DNA of 50,785 bases from Actinomycetota bacterium (GTDB lineage: Bacteria > Actinomycetota > Acidimicrobiia > IMCC26256 > VFJJ01): NCBI GenBank assembly GCA_009886115.1, contig VFJJ01000064.1, positions 1 to 50,785 on the forward strand, read 5' to 3'. The translations under genes and the position numbers were made by a program. The first letter of the stretch is position 1, and every line of letters begins with the position of its first letter. Below the pieces are notes generated by a model, which was given only the letters and a program-made list of their open reading frames with translations, made no database searches and was not told the DNA's origin. Shown piece by piece: positions 50,127 through 50,785 of this stretch.

Positions 50127-50785
50127 ACACCAACCAGTATCTGCGCGAGCGGGTGTTCTCCCCGCTGCTGTTGACGGTCGTCGCCGGTGGCCTCATCGCG
50201 ACGGTGATCATCAACCTGTCCCGGGTCTTCATTGCCATCGGCGCCGGCGTCGGGATCTACATCTCGTCGGCGATCGCGCTCGTCATCCTCTTCGTCGCGA
50301 TCTGGGCGGCCACCCGTCCCAAGCTCTCGGCCCAGGCGGGCATGTTCGTGCTGGCGTTCGCGGCCATCGGCTCGATCGTCGCCGGCTCGATCAGCTGGGA
50401 CAAGTCCAACGCCCACGGCGAGGGTGGCGAGGCGGCCATCGCCTACGCCGCTGTGCTCGAGGTCAGCGCCGCCAACTTCTTCTTCGATCCGGAAGCGATC
50501 GAGGCCGAGGTCAGCCCCGAGGTTCCCGGCGTGCACTTCGTGCTCACGTCGGTCGACGCCACGCACAACATCCAGATCGAAGGTGTCGGCGAGGGCGTGG
50601 TGGTCGAGGCTGGGCTCGGGGCCACCGCAGAAAGCACGATCGCCTTGCCTGCGGGCTCCTACACGTTCTTTTGCGCCGTCAGCGGTCATCGGGCTGCGGG
50701 CATGGTCGGCCAGCTCGTGGTGACCGAGACGACAGACCTGGTGCCGGTCGGCGGGATCGCCGACGGCGAGGGCGAGGCACCGGCG
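50123..50785 (+). CDS. Membrane-anchored type-1 copper (cupredoxin) protein, truncated by window edge
   Basis: Manual translation from ATG 50123 (ATGA overlap with ctaG): three TMs, then FFFDP..THNIQIE..GSYTFFCAVSGHRAAGMVGQLVV (His..Cys-X4-His-X4-Met). No stop before the edge. Confidence 0.85.
   Translation, partial: MNTNQYLRERVFSPLLLTVVAGGLIATVIINLSRVFIAIGAGVGIYISSAIALVILFVAIWAATRPKLSAQAGMFVLAFAAIGSIVAGSISWDKSNAHGEGGEAAIAYAAVLEVSAANFFFDPEAIEAEVSPEVPGVHFVLTSVDATHNIQIEGVGEGVVVEAGLGATAESTIALPAGSYTFFCAVSGHRAAGMVGQLVVTETTDLVPVGGIADGEGEAPA

Overview
High-GC actinobacterial chromosome window; gene content and order suggest class Acidimicrobiia (inference). Bases 1-6358 are the right end of a genomic island integrated at tRNA-Ala(GGC). 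The island holds an intact tyrosine integrase, a frameshifted remnant of a second integrase, candidate arm-type repeats, and a cargo cassette: ECF sigma, membrane anti-sigma, secreted beta/gamma-crystallin-like protein, and a peptidoglycan-binding export adaptor that runs off the left edge. The rest is core genome: leuS, two accessory genes, comEA-comEC-folP(2-like)-holA-lipoprotein, rpsT, lepA, an LLM/F420 oxidoreductase, menB-menD, menF-menG, nei-lhr, hemW-hrcA-dnaJ-rsmE-bldD-mtaB-HIT-phoH-ybeY-corC-era, and a caa3-type oxidase operon with CtaG and a membrane cupredoxin. Four signals stand out. (1) Upstream of the island ECF sigma, a duplicated promoter-like motif GTCACAGTTT-N9-CGGACAT flanks a 14-bp hairpin whose loop is complementary to the sigma's own RBS, a candidate RNA feedback switch. 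(2) An orphan FliS-like gene inside the menaquinone cluster and an 86-aa orphan ORF both follow sigma-28 (FliA/WhiG)-like promoters. (3) A BldD homologue keeps its c-di-GMP motif. (4) A phased array of DnaA-box-like 9-mers lies between hrcA and dnaJ. All calls come from manual reading; no searches were run.
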